A DNA stretch of 64,000 nucleotides from Laetmonice hystrix (lineage: Eukaryota): assembly GCA_965235115.1 (NCBI GenBank), contig OZ249436.1, forward strand, positions 22,942,001 through 23,006,000. The letters run 5' to 3'. How positions within the stretch are numbered: the first letter of the stretch is position 1; each line of letters begins with the position of its first letter. The notes below the pieces were generated by a model. The model was not told the DNA's origin. It searched no databases and worked only from the letters and a program-made list of their open reading frames with translations. The translations under genes were made by a program, and so were the position numbers. Shown in pieces: positions 52,943 to 64,000 of the stretch.

Positions 52943-54521
52943 TTAATAAAGGAAAAATCAACCGAAATGTAGAGACATTCTCCCGCTGGCTTCGTCCGTT
53001 TGTTTACCCTATTTGGCCCTTATCTCAATCTATTAATAGATATAGCTCCTGCTGTCTTGCGTGGGAAATAGCGAATGACCCAGGCGGTATTTTTAAAAAG
53101 TCGCCGTTGACAGTGTTCCACTTATCAGTGTGACCTTAGACACTTTATATGGTGTTACTGGTGTTCAAAGGTACATTAGTGAGGAACATTTCTATTCCCT
53201 TTAATCGACTACGATAACATACCTGCAGCACACATTTTGTTCAGTATCGCCTCGTGAAAAGCGATACAAAATAAGGTATTTGCTAATCAATTTCCAAACT
53301 GATTAGCGCTTATTGCTAATCAAAAAAGTTCAGCCAGAAACTCTGTAGCTACGATTGATCTGAATAAGTTGAACACCCATTCTCACTGTGAAGATGATCT
53401 CAGATATAGACACAGCCTCAAGCCACCAATCACTCACTCACTCAGGACCTCAAATAAAAGTATTGTACCTGAATCATGATCATATTATATTTATACCATA
53501 TTTTTTAAAAATGCTACACAATAATAGCAATGGATAATCAATTTCTGAATTGATTCGCGATTGTCCCTACTCAAAATTTTCAAAACAAAATGTGCACTGT
53601 ACCTGCCAACATTTGGTCAATTCAACGTGGAATTTTCATCAAAGAGAATGACATTCCTTTTAATAACTTTGTTTCAATAACTTAATTTCTTTCTTATTAG
53701 CCTGTCAATCTTGATCTTTCCCGCTCTTTTTCTCTCTCCTTGCCAGACCAAACTTACATGTTCCCCCCAGACAACATGGCAGTGCCCACAAACTTTTCCT
53801 GGTGAATATCAGTCTCGATCATCCAGACCCTCAGCGGCCCTAGCAGAGGGTCTGGAAGCTTTTGTATCTACCGTTTGTGACGTTGTTCCGAGACATAAGC
53901 GGCTTTCAAAAAGTAGGCTACAGGAATTCTGCATCCGGTCGTCTTGCAGCCGATTGGTTAAATTTAACGGAAGTCTGCTCATGCTGACCAACGGCTGGTT
54001 CTAGAGTTCTAGCGACGTTTTATACAAGCCTCCAACGGCGGCATCATGCATGCACAGACTTCGGTAGGCTTACCCCGCCCGCAGCGCCGGCCGCCACCTC
54101 GGGCTCGGTCACTCCCGCCGGGCTGAGCCTGCAAGTCCGACCTTCCGCAGTCTGCTGCTCAGTGCGGCATCTGCCATATTTTCAAGCCCGAGACAGCCTC
54201 GGTTTAATAGGAAAACCCGTAACTAATATTGGAGCGCTATTGGGCGGAATGTGTGTTTTACATTCTAGTCTAGAGACGTTTTGCAAGGGCGGCATCAATT
54301 CATCCCTGCTTGCATGGACTCGGGCGTCCTGCCTGCCTGCCGCCTCGCTCCCCTGCCCTTGGCGCCCACCGGTCGCTCCCGGCGGGTGAGCCAGTAAGTG
54401 CCGGCCTATATCCCCGCGGCCCACTGCCCAGCACGGCATAGGGGCCATATTTCCAAACCTGAGACAGCGTCTGTTTAATCGGTCACCTACATATAGGCTA
54501 GTAATATATGTCGTTTTATAA

Positions 54522-54877
54522 CAGGGCTTGTCTTTTAAGGCGCGCAATTGCGCGCGCGCGCCATGGCGCGCCTAAAATGGGACAGAGGCGCGCAAAAAAA
54601 CGCGCACCTTGCAAAAATAAAACTTGAAAATTCGCGCGCCTCGGACTACTTGTAATGTATATAATACTACTGTGCTTGTACCCTGGCAGTAACCATGTGC
54701 CTATGGTTGATCATTAACAGAAGTCAAGACGGATGGGATGTGTGACAGTTGCGAGGATACACACTATTACACCTCATCTGACCCAAGAATAAATTGTGCG
54801 CCTACCACATTTTAGTTGCACCAAAAAAAATGCGCGCCTACCTTTGTGCACCTGCTTTTTTCAAAGGACAAGCCCTG
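54522..54877. mobile_element. hAT-like MITE with 7-bp TSD and GCGCGC-rich subtermini
   Basis: TIR cagggcttgtc / gacaagccctg; TSD tttataa (54515-54521; 54878-54884). Confidence 0.8.
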
Positions 54878-56469
54878 TTTATAAGCAATTAACTTTATTG
54901 TATGAACCATAGAACTTTAGGAACTGAGTAAGATAGTATTAAGGATTTTTCAAATTTCAACTGACATGCACACAGGTGTTCGCTCTACACCGCACAATGC
55001 AATCAGTCGGCCTATAGGCCTATAGCCAAAATAGGAGGCCTAGAGATATTTTACACATGATGACGACTTTTACTTAGTAAAACGTAGTCTTGTCGAGCAA
55101 TTTTATCAAGCGAATTTTCGTGAAGCGAAAAGGTCGGTTGTTTTGTTTTTCTCTGGCCTCCTCGGGCCGCTTATGTTCCTAAACGTTCGACGCGCCACCA
55201 TGCGGTAACAATGAAAGATCGGAAATCTCCCAGACTCTCTTATCTGAGAGTCTGGCGTTACCGAGACTGGGTGAATATGTGCTTTGAACAGGAAATTTAA
55301 CGTCCATTGAAGGTGAATTTTTTTTCTAAATTTTATTGTAAATTCTGTGATTTCGAATATTTTGAGAAAAATGTGGAGTGCAGAATACATCATTCAAATG
55401 CGGAAAGATTCCGCAGAATGTGGAAGGGTTCACAGCTATGCGATAATAACCAAACTAATCATGGGTCACACCTGGGTGAAAATGCCTAACCCATTTTTTT
55501 TAGCAAAACTCATAGAAAAAAAAAATTAATATTTCCGATGCCAATCATAGCTAAGTTGAACCCCAACCCCTGAACTCTATGAAACATCCTAACCCCAATC
55601 CTGAACCCTGTTCATCCTTTGACATAGGCATATTTCATATACTTTTACCGGCTTTAGAATTTGAGGATGAATATAATTAGTGAAAATATATACATGTGTA
55701 TGACAGCTTGTACCACCTTTCATATTAATATTCGTTTAGAACTTTGAAAAAAGTTATGTATTAGGCCTATAAATATTTTCTTTTACAGATTTAAGTCTAA
55801 GACACTGGGCACTAGTCAATACAACTACCCTAGACACAACACCAACAGACGATACAGGCATACTGACATATGATGAAGGGCAAAACCGAGCTAGGTCACT
55901 TTTTTAACCACCATGTGAAATATATTAGAGTATAATGAGAACAGGATTTAGTGTTGTAACGATTTGCTGTAATAAAATTGCATTTTAGTAAAAGGAAAAT
56001 TGCGACTATTTGAAATATCAAAGAAAATACACTTAAAAGTTTTCTTCCTTATTCCAGACATTCCAGACTCTTTGTCTGTTGAGCCACCAGACAACCTGGA
56101 GACAAGCTCTGCAACCAGTGCATCTACATCTGCATGCAACATTCTTGCCCAGAAGAACATAGAGATGTTGATGAATAAATATACAATATACATGTATATT
56201 TATAGCTTAAAACGAAATTTTTTAAAATTATTTACACGATTTGCGTACATAGCTTTTTCGATAGTCTGTTCTCATTTAAACACGTATAACAAAAGCAGCA
56301 CCCAACCAGATGGTTTATAAGTCACTAGAAATTTATACATTTAAATAATAAAATATATATAAAGAAGTGACATCAGCATTTATGGATACCAGCACCATCC
56401 TTTAATGTCCAGTTATGTATTTTAGAATAGCATATATTCTGTCTAGCTGTATACGCTTGAATTAAATAG

Positions 56470-56640
56470 TTACATACATGTATTCCTAATTATTAAGGCA
56501 TCTGAAATTAAGAATGAAAATTCATCCCTATCTGGCATATCTTCAATATTTGGTTGGACTTCTTTGGCAATATTAAATAGTTGTAGCCTAGCCCCATCTT
56601 TAATGTCACATTCAGTCCTTGGTAAATTGCATGAATAACA
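56470..56640 (-). pseudogene. Possible LINE ORF2 C-terminal remnant
   Basis: ECDIKDGARLQLFNIAKEVQPNIEDMPDRDEFSFLISDALIIRNT resembles CR1/L2-group ORF2 C-termini; judged by eye only. Confidence 0.3.
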
Positions 56641-59022
56641 AGTGCCGGGACATAATAAAATTGGCAGGAGGTCTGCTTTGACAGTTGCTTTTAATTCCAT
56701 AAGTCGTGAGCGAAATTAATAACTTTCACTTGCATATCATGAACAAAAGTGTAGACAATTCCCAAATTCCCAGTGCTGTGACCACCCAGATAAGAGTGAC
56801 CACAGGTGTTAGGAAGGCCTAAACATAAGAATCAAGTGTACCCACATTGACACCAAAACTTAACACCTCCCTTGTTGCACTTGACACCCTTGTTGGATAT
56901 CTCTCTGATAAACTCTGATTCAGTAAACCTAGTCTAGAGATCTAGATATATGGCAGTGCCCATAAAAGATCTTTTTGCCAGTGAAACTTTTCCATGAGCG
57001 AGATATTAAACATGCATTGGAGGGAATCTACTTATTCTGTAAATTTCTTGATTCCGTAATATTTGGAGAGGAATGCGGAATACATCATTCAAATATGCAG
57101 AAATATTCTGCAGAATGCGGAAGGGTTGGCAAGTATGCATTTTCATAGATAAATGGCCCATAAATATCAGCAGGCTGTTAAAAAAGTATAAATTAAATGA
57201 GGAGCCATATATGCCCTAGGTGACCATGATGATGAACGTTAGAACTAGCCTAATAAAGTGTTGTAATTTGGGCCCTAATTCAGACGTTCACTTGTAGGAG
57301 AGGCATCAAACACTGGAATGCAATTAAAGTTAACACAGGTGAAGTGAACGTTTAATTAAAAGAAAAAGTGTTATTATGATGCTCAGGGTCCTTCTTCATA
57401 AGTTTTCATGGCGTTACCATGGAGTTGTTTGCAACAAATGCGGTTGTCGCTAAGGTGGCGACCGCAGCGCCACATATTTCCATCCGTGAACTACCCCCCC
57501 CCCCCCCCCCCCCAGTACACTTGAAGATTGAAAGAAGTTTGGAGGTGATCAGGTGTATACGGACCTCCTGACAACTGACATTTAGGACTATTTTGGACAA
57601 TTGTGTTGCAGCTCAGATCAATTGAACAAGATCAGTGAACCTGAATGTCCATCATCTTTGCTGCATGCCAGTTGTGCCTCAGATTTTGAGTTAGGCTCAA
57701 TGAATAGAGTCGTACTCAAGGATTGATCTGATCCTCTCCGACTCTGGTGCATTCGGGCCTCTGAGTCAGTGTCAGAGAGAATCTATTTCTGTGCCAGGTC
57801 TGGCTCCAAGCCTTAAGGTCCCGCCTGTTTACAATTCGTCCATGGACGTGCTCCGGGCCCTGTGCTGCTACCCTCAACAACATTCCTGGCTCCCTGACTG
57901 CAGTGATCGGCAAACCTTGCCTACACAATCTCACGCACGATGTCTGCATGATGACTTCGCATCCTGCCCATCGCCCTACCCAATCAACACACCCCACCAG
58001 TAATACTGCCCCGCCTCTTGGGTGTGTGCTAAATGGGCTAATATCGAGAACCATGTCGAGTACTGTGGAAACTTACGTACAGGTACAGGCTTCCAGGTAG
58101 ATTGGTTCTTTAAAAACATTTGGCCTAGTTCTAGCCCTCTAACAGAGTACACAGTGAATACCGCTGAATGGCTAAACCAGCTAGGACGGACCAGCTTTTA
58201 ATAATAATTTCCATCATCATTTCATCACCATTAAAAATACCATTCAATGAAATCTTTATCAATGGTATATTACATATCATACTCTGTGTGATATGCCCAG
58301 TACTGGCCCCCTATAAACACTCTCCACCAGGAGTTCACTGTGTTCATCAGCTGTGTGACGTCACGCAGAGATGACACATCAGTTATCCAGCACACTTCGG
58401 GTTAGAAGCTAATTAATCAAGCATTTTTACGGGTAATTTATCAAGCTGTCCGAAATTGAGAGTTGAGAACAGAAGATGGAGGTCTTTCAGAGAACATACT
58501 CCCAACCATCGCCTGAGGGGACCAGTGTGAGGACGGGTACCTGCCAAGGGCGGCTCGGCTGCCTGATGCTTTGACCCAGATACAGGTCCAAGGGTTCTCC
58601 ACTGCAGGGGGGGGGGGGGGTTGCTGGCAATCTTTGACATCTTATTGCCCCTCGTAGTTATAAAAACTACTTTTATGGACTTGCATAGATGTGCATGGAC
58701 TACTGGTTTTTTTTATAGCAGTAAGTCAAATCGCGGCAACACAGATTCCTTTCCAGTGGCTTGGAACTATAACTCAGTCACACCAATTACTTAGACAGCG
58801 CAGTATATACTGGAGTGAGTGAGTGAGTATAGTAAAATGGACTGGGATAGTACATACGAGTTCACCACATGTAAATTTCTTCCGAACTGTATTAAGGCTC
58901 GCGAACACCAATCGTGAACTTGGAGGTTCTCGTAAAGAAGGACTTTGTGACCTCACCTTGACCGTCCAAAACCATACGAATCAACCTGGTGGTGACGACA
59001 ACCCGAATACTCTTGCTTCTCA

Positions 59023-59381
59023 CATCCCTGCCAACCCTTCCGCAAGCGGAATCTTTCCGCATTTGAATGATGTATTCTGCATTGCACATTTTTTTCAAAA
59101 TATTATGGAATCACGCAATTTTAAAAAAAGTATATATTCACCTTCAATGGACGTTAAATTTCCCGTTCAAAGAATATTGACCAGCAAAAGATGGGCGCTG
59201 CTATGTTTGGGAACATGTAAGTTTGGTTTGGCAAGGAGAGAGAAAGAGGAGAAGAGCTGGAAAGATCGAGAATGACAGGCGAATAAGAAAGAAATTAAGT
59301 TATTGAAACAAATTTATAAAAGAAAGGTCATTCTCTTTGATGAAGATTCCGTGTTGAGTTGGCCAAATGTTGGCAGGTATG
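59023..59381. mobile_element. MITE with CAT(A/C)CCTGCCAAC termini and 6-bp TSD; partial inverted relatives at about 55283-55430 and 57040-57137
   Basis: catccctgccaac / gttggcaggtatg; TSD ttctca (59017-59022; 59382-59387). Confidence 0.75.
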
Positions 59382-62094
59382 TTCTCACGAGTCTCATTCA
59401 CGACCACTTCTCACAACATGAATCGTATTCACAAGCACTACAGAACGAAGCATTAGAATGCCATCTTGCTTGGCTGACGTCACGAAACTGTTTTCAAAAT
59501 GGCAGGTGATGTACACACAGACATGTGATCGGGGAGAAGGGGCACTGCCCAAAAGATTTGAGGTATGGAATGTGTTTGGGGTGGGTGTGGGTCTTCGAAA
59601 TGGTAATTCTTAAAGGAGAAGTCCAGTCAAACTTCACATTTGGACAGCTGCAAGGCCTCTATATATAGTCACCTTTAAGAGTAGTGGTTAGAAATAAATG
59701 TCCCCCCATTCCAAAAAGTCATATGACGAACATGACAACCGTGTCAAAATCACTGGCTTCAGCGGCGCAGGCATTTGTGCCCATCTTTGCATCTATTGAG
59801 CATGTGCTGAATTGATCAGTTGAGGCCAGGATTGTCGGGGCTAGGCTAGACTAGGCTAAAGGCGGCCGAGGCGGGTGGGCGAATCGATGGGGGTCTATAG
59901 AATTGGTTGGAGTGAACTTGCGCGTCATCTGATGATTAACTAAGTGACGTTGGACTTTTGTGTATCGAGGGGATTTTAGATCCTTTTCGAGACAATCTGG
60001 TAGACAGTGAGGCCTAGAATGAAGGTTCGAGTTAGAGAGTCTACGTTGGCCATAGGCATAGGCCTAGGCTAGGGCTAGCAGCGTCGGAGACAAATGGCAG
60101 TGACTGATTCATGGGGGGCCTCCCCAGCCCCCTATTTTCCAAACCCTTGCCTATTTTCTATGTTTCATGCATAAAAATAATGGAATTTCGTTGAAAGATT
60201 TGAGAGAAATTTCTCCTCTATATGTTCAGAAAACACGTCTCTGACATTCCTGGAAAAAAATTCTGGGGACCCCAACGAAAATGGGCCACTGATTATCCAC
60301 TAAGAAGTGGGCTCCCCCTGGATCCTGGATCCACCACTGAATGGGGATCACCATCTGATTCACACAAACTTGTAGGTACTACATAGCTGAGACCGTAATT
60401 GTACAGCCTATTTTAAATCGGTATTTCCATCTTTACAATCGGGGTAGGACCGTTAATCCAACAGCCCATTGGTCCGACAGACCAATCTCCCATGGGTTAG
60501 AATTAAAGCAGGATAGGTGCATGCACTTTGAGAATCACAAACTGGTTCGGTCCAACCCGAACGATATCATTTGAACTTATTTAACAAGGAACTGGTCTGA
60601 TACCTGGTGAATGACTCATAATAACGGGGACTTTTGCGTGGCAACTTGGGACTCTTTTGCCTCGCGAATTACGGCGGCTCGCCGAAAGTCGACCTGTTTA
60701 CAACCCGACTGTGACGTCATCACTTCCTATCTTGTGCATTGTCACGCTCTTGCCCCACACTGAAGGGGGGGGGGGAGGAATCTCCCGACAGGTGCTTGTA
60801 CCACTGTCAAAATGAACCGCTGTCCAGGTCAGAATGAACCATTGTCCCAGTCGCACCATTCACTTTACATGGTTCTGCCTTAATGGCCCCCTGAAAGATT
60901 TATTAATAAAAGAACAATCCCATCACTATGCAATCATATTAGATCCACTAGCGTTTATTTACTAAATTATGTGTTCTTGGATGTTGGATGTCTGATGTCT
61001 CACACCTAGCCGGCCACGCAGCGAGCACTGACCACGAAGCCTGCTGACTAGGTGATGGTCGTAGGGTAGCCTATATTTCGACTAAGCGGGTGGTACATTC
61101 CGACTAGGGGTACATTCCTGTACCATCTAAGCGTTGAATTTTTATCTGTGATGCATTGGAGCGTTGAGCATTTACGGGAGTTGTTCCAGTTGCGACCCAA
61201 TGATAATGGCAATGTCAATGCCAGACTTGCTGAGATCCTTCTACTAGGCAGGTGAGACTTTGGACGTTTGGTCTGTACATGGGTAATTTCCGATTTGAAC
61301 ATGGCATCAGGGTGAACAATTTAGTCAGTAGCCTACTCATACTATAGGCCTGCCTAGTATTAAGAAGGGTCGTCATATTGTCGGTTACAGCTATGAAAAG
61401 TATCGGCAGAGAACCTCAAATGACAGGTGCACATCACGTGACACCAGGGAATTCCCCCATCCGTTCATATAGTCCCATTTCAAATGGCGTCTCAATGCGG
61501 AAGAACGGAATTATGGTGCACGACTGACGAACTCATGTTTTAAATATGTCCAGATTATGGGTTTTTTTCTCAGCTAAAAGGCAGGTATTACCAATGATAG
61601 CATTACTGCTTGATGTTGAAAGCGTTTGGGGGAAATAGAGGAAAATTGTCAACATTGGATGTTCATATAGTCGTTTAAGGTTAGGGTTTAGGCTTACATA
61701 TATTTGGTTTTAGGCCAAAGTGGGCTGTCGGACTATTGGGGTGTCGGACCAAAGAACCTAGAGCTTATGATCTACCATAGACGTGTTCTGTTCAAGCTAA
61801 AGTCAGCTTAGTAAGTCAGATCTCGAGCAGACTGGTATCAATCGAAATCGGCCCCCGTTGGAAATCGGCTGCCCCATAGAGCCTGTAAGTCCGAACGACA
61901 AGATTAGATGCGGCATCTGCAAAGTCAGTGCTTTTTAATAGACTTTATTAGAAATACTACATATAATAATTTGAACTTTATGCAAAATAAATTGCAAGAA
62001 TACAAATTCTATGTGGAACTACTTGATGACACACATTGAGGCCTTTGTTTACATGCGTTATGCATCGTCATTAGAACTACTTCCCTGGGAGTGC

Positions 62095-62615
62095 AGGATT
62101 ATCAGCAAAGCTCACATTGCTACTAACTGGCCATGGTGGTCGCGACAGGATGCTGAAAATCCTTGGACAAATGTATGCCAACATTACAACAGAAGCTGTT
62201 GAACTATTCAAGTCTTACTGCCTGGTATGTCAAGAGAAGAGGAAACGTCCCAAGAGACTACAGGAGTTGTTGTGAAGCCTATTCTGTCCAGCGAATTCAA
62301 CTCTCGTGGTCAAGTTGACCTTGTCGACATGCAGTCATCCCCACAAGGCCAGTTCAAGTGGATCATGGTTTACCAGTGCCACCTCACAAAGTTTGTCATC
62401 CTAAGGCCTCTGTCTTCCAAGAGAGCTGCCGAAGTTGCCTTTCAACTGTTAGACATCTTCCTTCTCTTCGGTGCACCAGCCATTCTACAGAGTGACAACG
62501 GATCAGAATTTACCACTCACGTCATCACAGAGCTCAAAGAGCTGTAGCCTCAGCTCAGACATCCACAAAGCCAGGCCTCTGTTGAAAGGGCAAATGGTGA
62601 CATCAAAGACATGGT
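62095..62615 (+). pseudogene. KRBA2/SCAND3-like rve (DDE) integrase relic
   Basis: Reconstructed as IISKAHIAT/GHGGRDRMLKILGQMYANITTEAVELFKSYCLVCQEKRKRPK/TTGVVVKPILSSEFNSRGQVDLVDMQ...PAILQSDNGSEF...KEL*...RHPQSQASVERANGDIKDM. This gives an HHCC finger plus a D,D,E triad, with frameshifts and a stop codon. Confidence 0.88.
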
Positions 62616-63207
62616 GGACATGCAAATTTGTTCATTCCCTGAAAGTTTTAGTAAACTTAGTAAACACTGACATCTCAAGTCCATGAATTGCCGAGGAGTC
62701 TTAAACATATTAAATTCCTTGTAACAAAAGATGGAGCAAGTAAGATACCAACTTTACTTCAAACATGACAATGTGCAATGTGGCCTACACTTCGGTGCGA
62801 AGTATTAGGTCACAGGACCACTAGTTGCTCATGACGGGGTTATGATGGTCAGTATGTTTCTTGAATTTCCAGTGCTGTGCCGTTGAACCCAGACTTGCCG
62901 CACAAAAATAGCTCCCATTCGAACACCACTCAACCGAATCAGATGATTTTGGTGTCATTTTTCATCAGAAAACATATACCTTTCCTACCATACCAGTATT
63001 TTACGTACCAGCATAACGGAAATCAAATATGCTGTTCCGCCTTTTCTGGCCCACCCTGTATATCTTGTCATTATTTTTTGGCCGACTACTAGATTGGGCC
63101 GACGCGAGCAGTCAATGTGAACGGTCAGTCGGGCCGATTTAACAGCCAACCCTACCGGATCGGGTGATCAACTGGTCCTTGACATGTTAACGATTACACT
63201 GTTACAG

Positions 63208-63293
63208 CTGGGTCACACTGAGCCGATCTTCAAAGTCAGGCCGATTACATACTAGTCAGACCGACTCTGAAGATCGGCTCAGTGTGACCCCAG
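63208..63293. mobile_element. Hairpin mini-MITE of about 85 bp
   Basis: gggtcacactgagccgatcttca / tgaagatcggctcagtgtgaccc forms a perfect 23-bp stem. Confidence 0.65.
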
Positions 63294-63522
63294 GTTATGT
63301 TGGCACATGGAACTTCTGCCAGCGAAGGATCTGTAAAAATGGGCTCAGGTGGACACCGGGGGCAGAAGTCACTGTAGAGGTCACAGCAAAGGTTGGGCGC
63401 CACTTAAGACTCCTTGAGCCAAACCCATTACCTGACCTCTTACCCCTAACCCCACAAAGGTGATTCCAAGACATTACCCGTGATGAGGTACCTGTACCAT
63501 TACACTTACAGGTACCAGACCA

Positions 63523-63595
63523 GATGAGTGAGTGAGTGAGTCATGGTGGTTTTATGCTGTGTCGGCATCTAAGGCCATCTTCACGGCAAAAACAA
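63523..63595 (-). mobile_element. 3' tail of a retroposon ending in (ACTC)n
   Basis: The minus strand reads gccgtgaagatggccttagatgccgacacagcataaaaccaccatgactcactcactcactc. Confidence 0.55.
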
Positions 63596-64000
63596 AGTTA
63601 GAATATTTACTGAATAGTGAAAGGGGCCTATTTTATCCTGGGTCCTCACGGGAACTGCTGAAAACAACATAAAGTCCCAGCCAACTAAGCTGGTGCTAGT
63701 GATCTGATGCAATCTTGGCATCTAAGGCCATCTACACAATGAAAGGAAAATCAAACCACTGCAAGATGGTATTGCCATCTAAAGTGTAAAATATCTGGTC
63801 AGCCCAATGGGGTCACCAATAAGTTTAAACTATAAAAGAATAAGAAGTCCAGCCTGACAAAAATTCTAAAAGCAAAATCACTCCAACTCTGACATTGCTA
63901 AAAAGATCTTTAAGACTTGTCTCATTAATGACATTATTCTGGAATGACCGATCCTGCACATAGAACTTCTGCTAGCAAAGGATAGATCTGTAAAAATGGG

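Larger units (their letters stand above)
51030..53200 (+). mobile_element. Kolobok-like MITE (family of 2923-3167) hosting two nested elements
   Basis: Perfect 12-bp TIR agggaatagaaa / tttctattccct; TTAA at 51026-51029 and 53201-53204. Confidence 0.82.

Noticed and set aside
57600..58100. Possible decayed coding sequence
   Set aside because: No motif I can assign, and no consistent long reading frame.
55283..59180. Apparent 3.9-kb element with 150-bp TIRs
   Set aside because: The right 'arm' is part of a self-contained MITE (59023-59381) with its own TSD, and a third copy lies at 57.1 kb, so these look like independent insertions.

Overview
Repeat-dense, apparently intergenic or intronic eukaryotic DNA, most likely from a marine invertebrate. 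That origin is inferred from the repeat families present: Kolobok-like TTAA MITEs, hAT-like MITEs with 5-8 bp TSDs, Helentron-associated HINE-like repeats, and a tRNA-headed SINE with an (ACTC)n tail. I find no intact host protein-coding gene, rRNA, true tRNA or CRISPR array, and nearly all ORF-track entries are spurious. Recognisable coding relics are an I/Nimb-type LINE (ORF1 zinc knuckles plus endonuclease, about 34.8-36.2 kb), a KRBA2/SCAND3-like rve integrase pseudogene (about 62.1-62.6 kb), a hAT dimerisation-domain fragment and a Tc1 transposase N-terminus. The most notable structure is 33.5-49.1 kb. It holds a foldback with ~1.2 kb arms, a near-identical 6.8/6.06 kb tandem duplication joined at a TGCCCA microhomology whose second copy lacks most of the foldback loop, a SINE split by a Kolobok-like element with two convergent gene relics behind the same 21-bp motif, and a 111-bp apparently templated insertion. 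I do not see a convincing novel biological system. The findings are mostly transposon biology and rearrangement signatures, read by eye without database searches.
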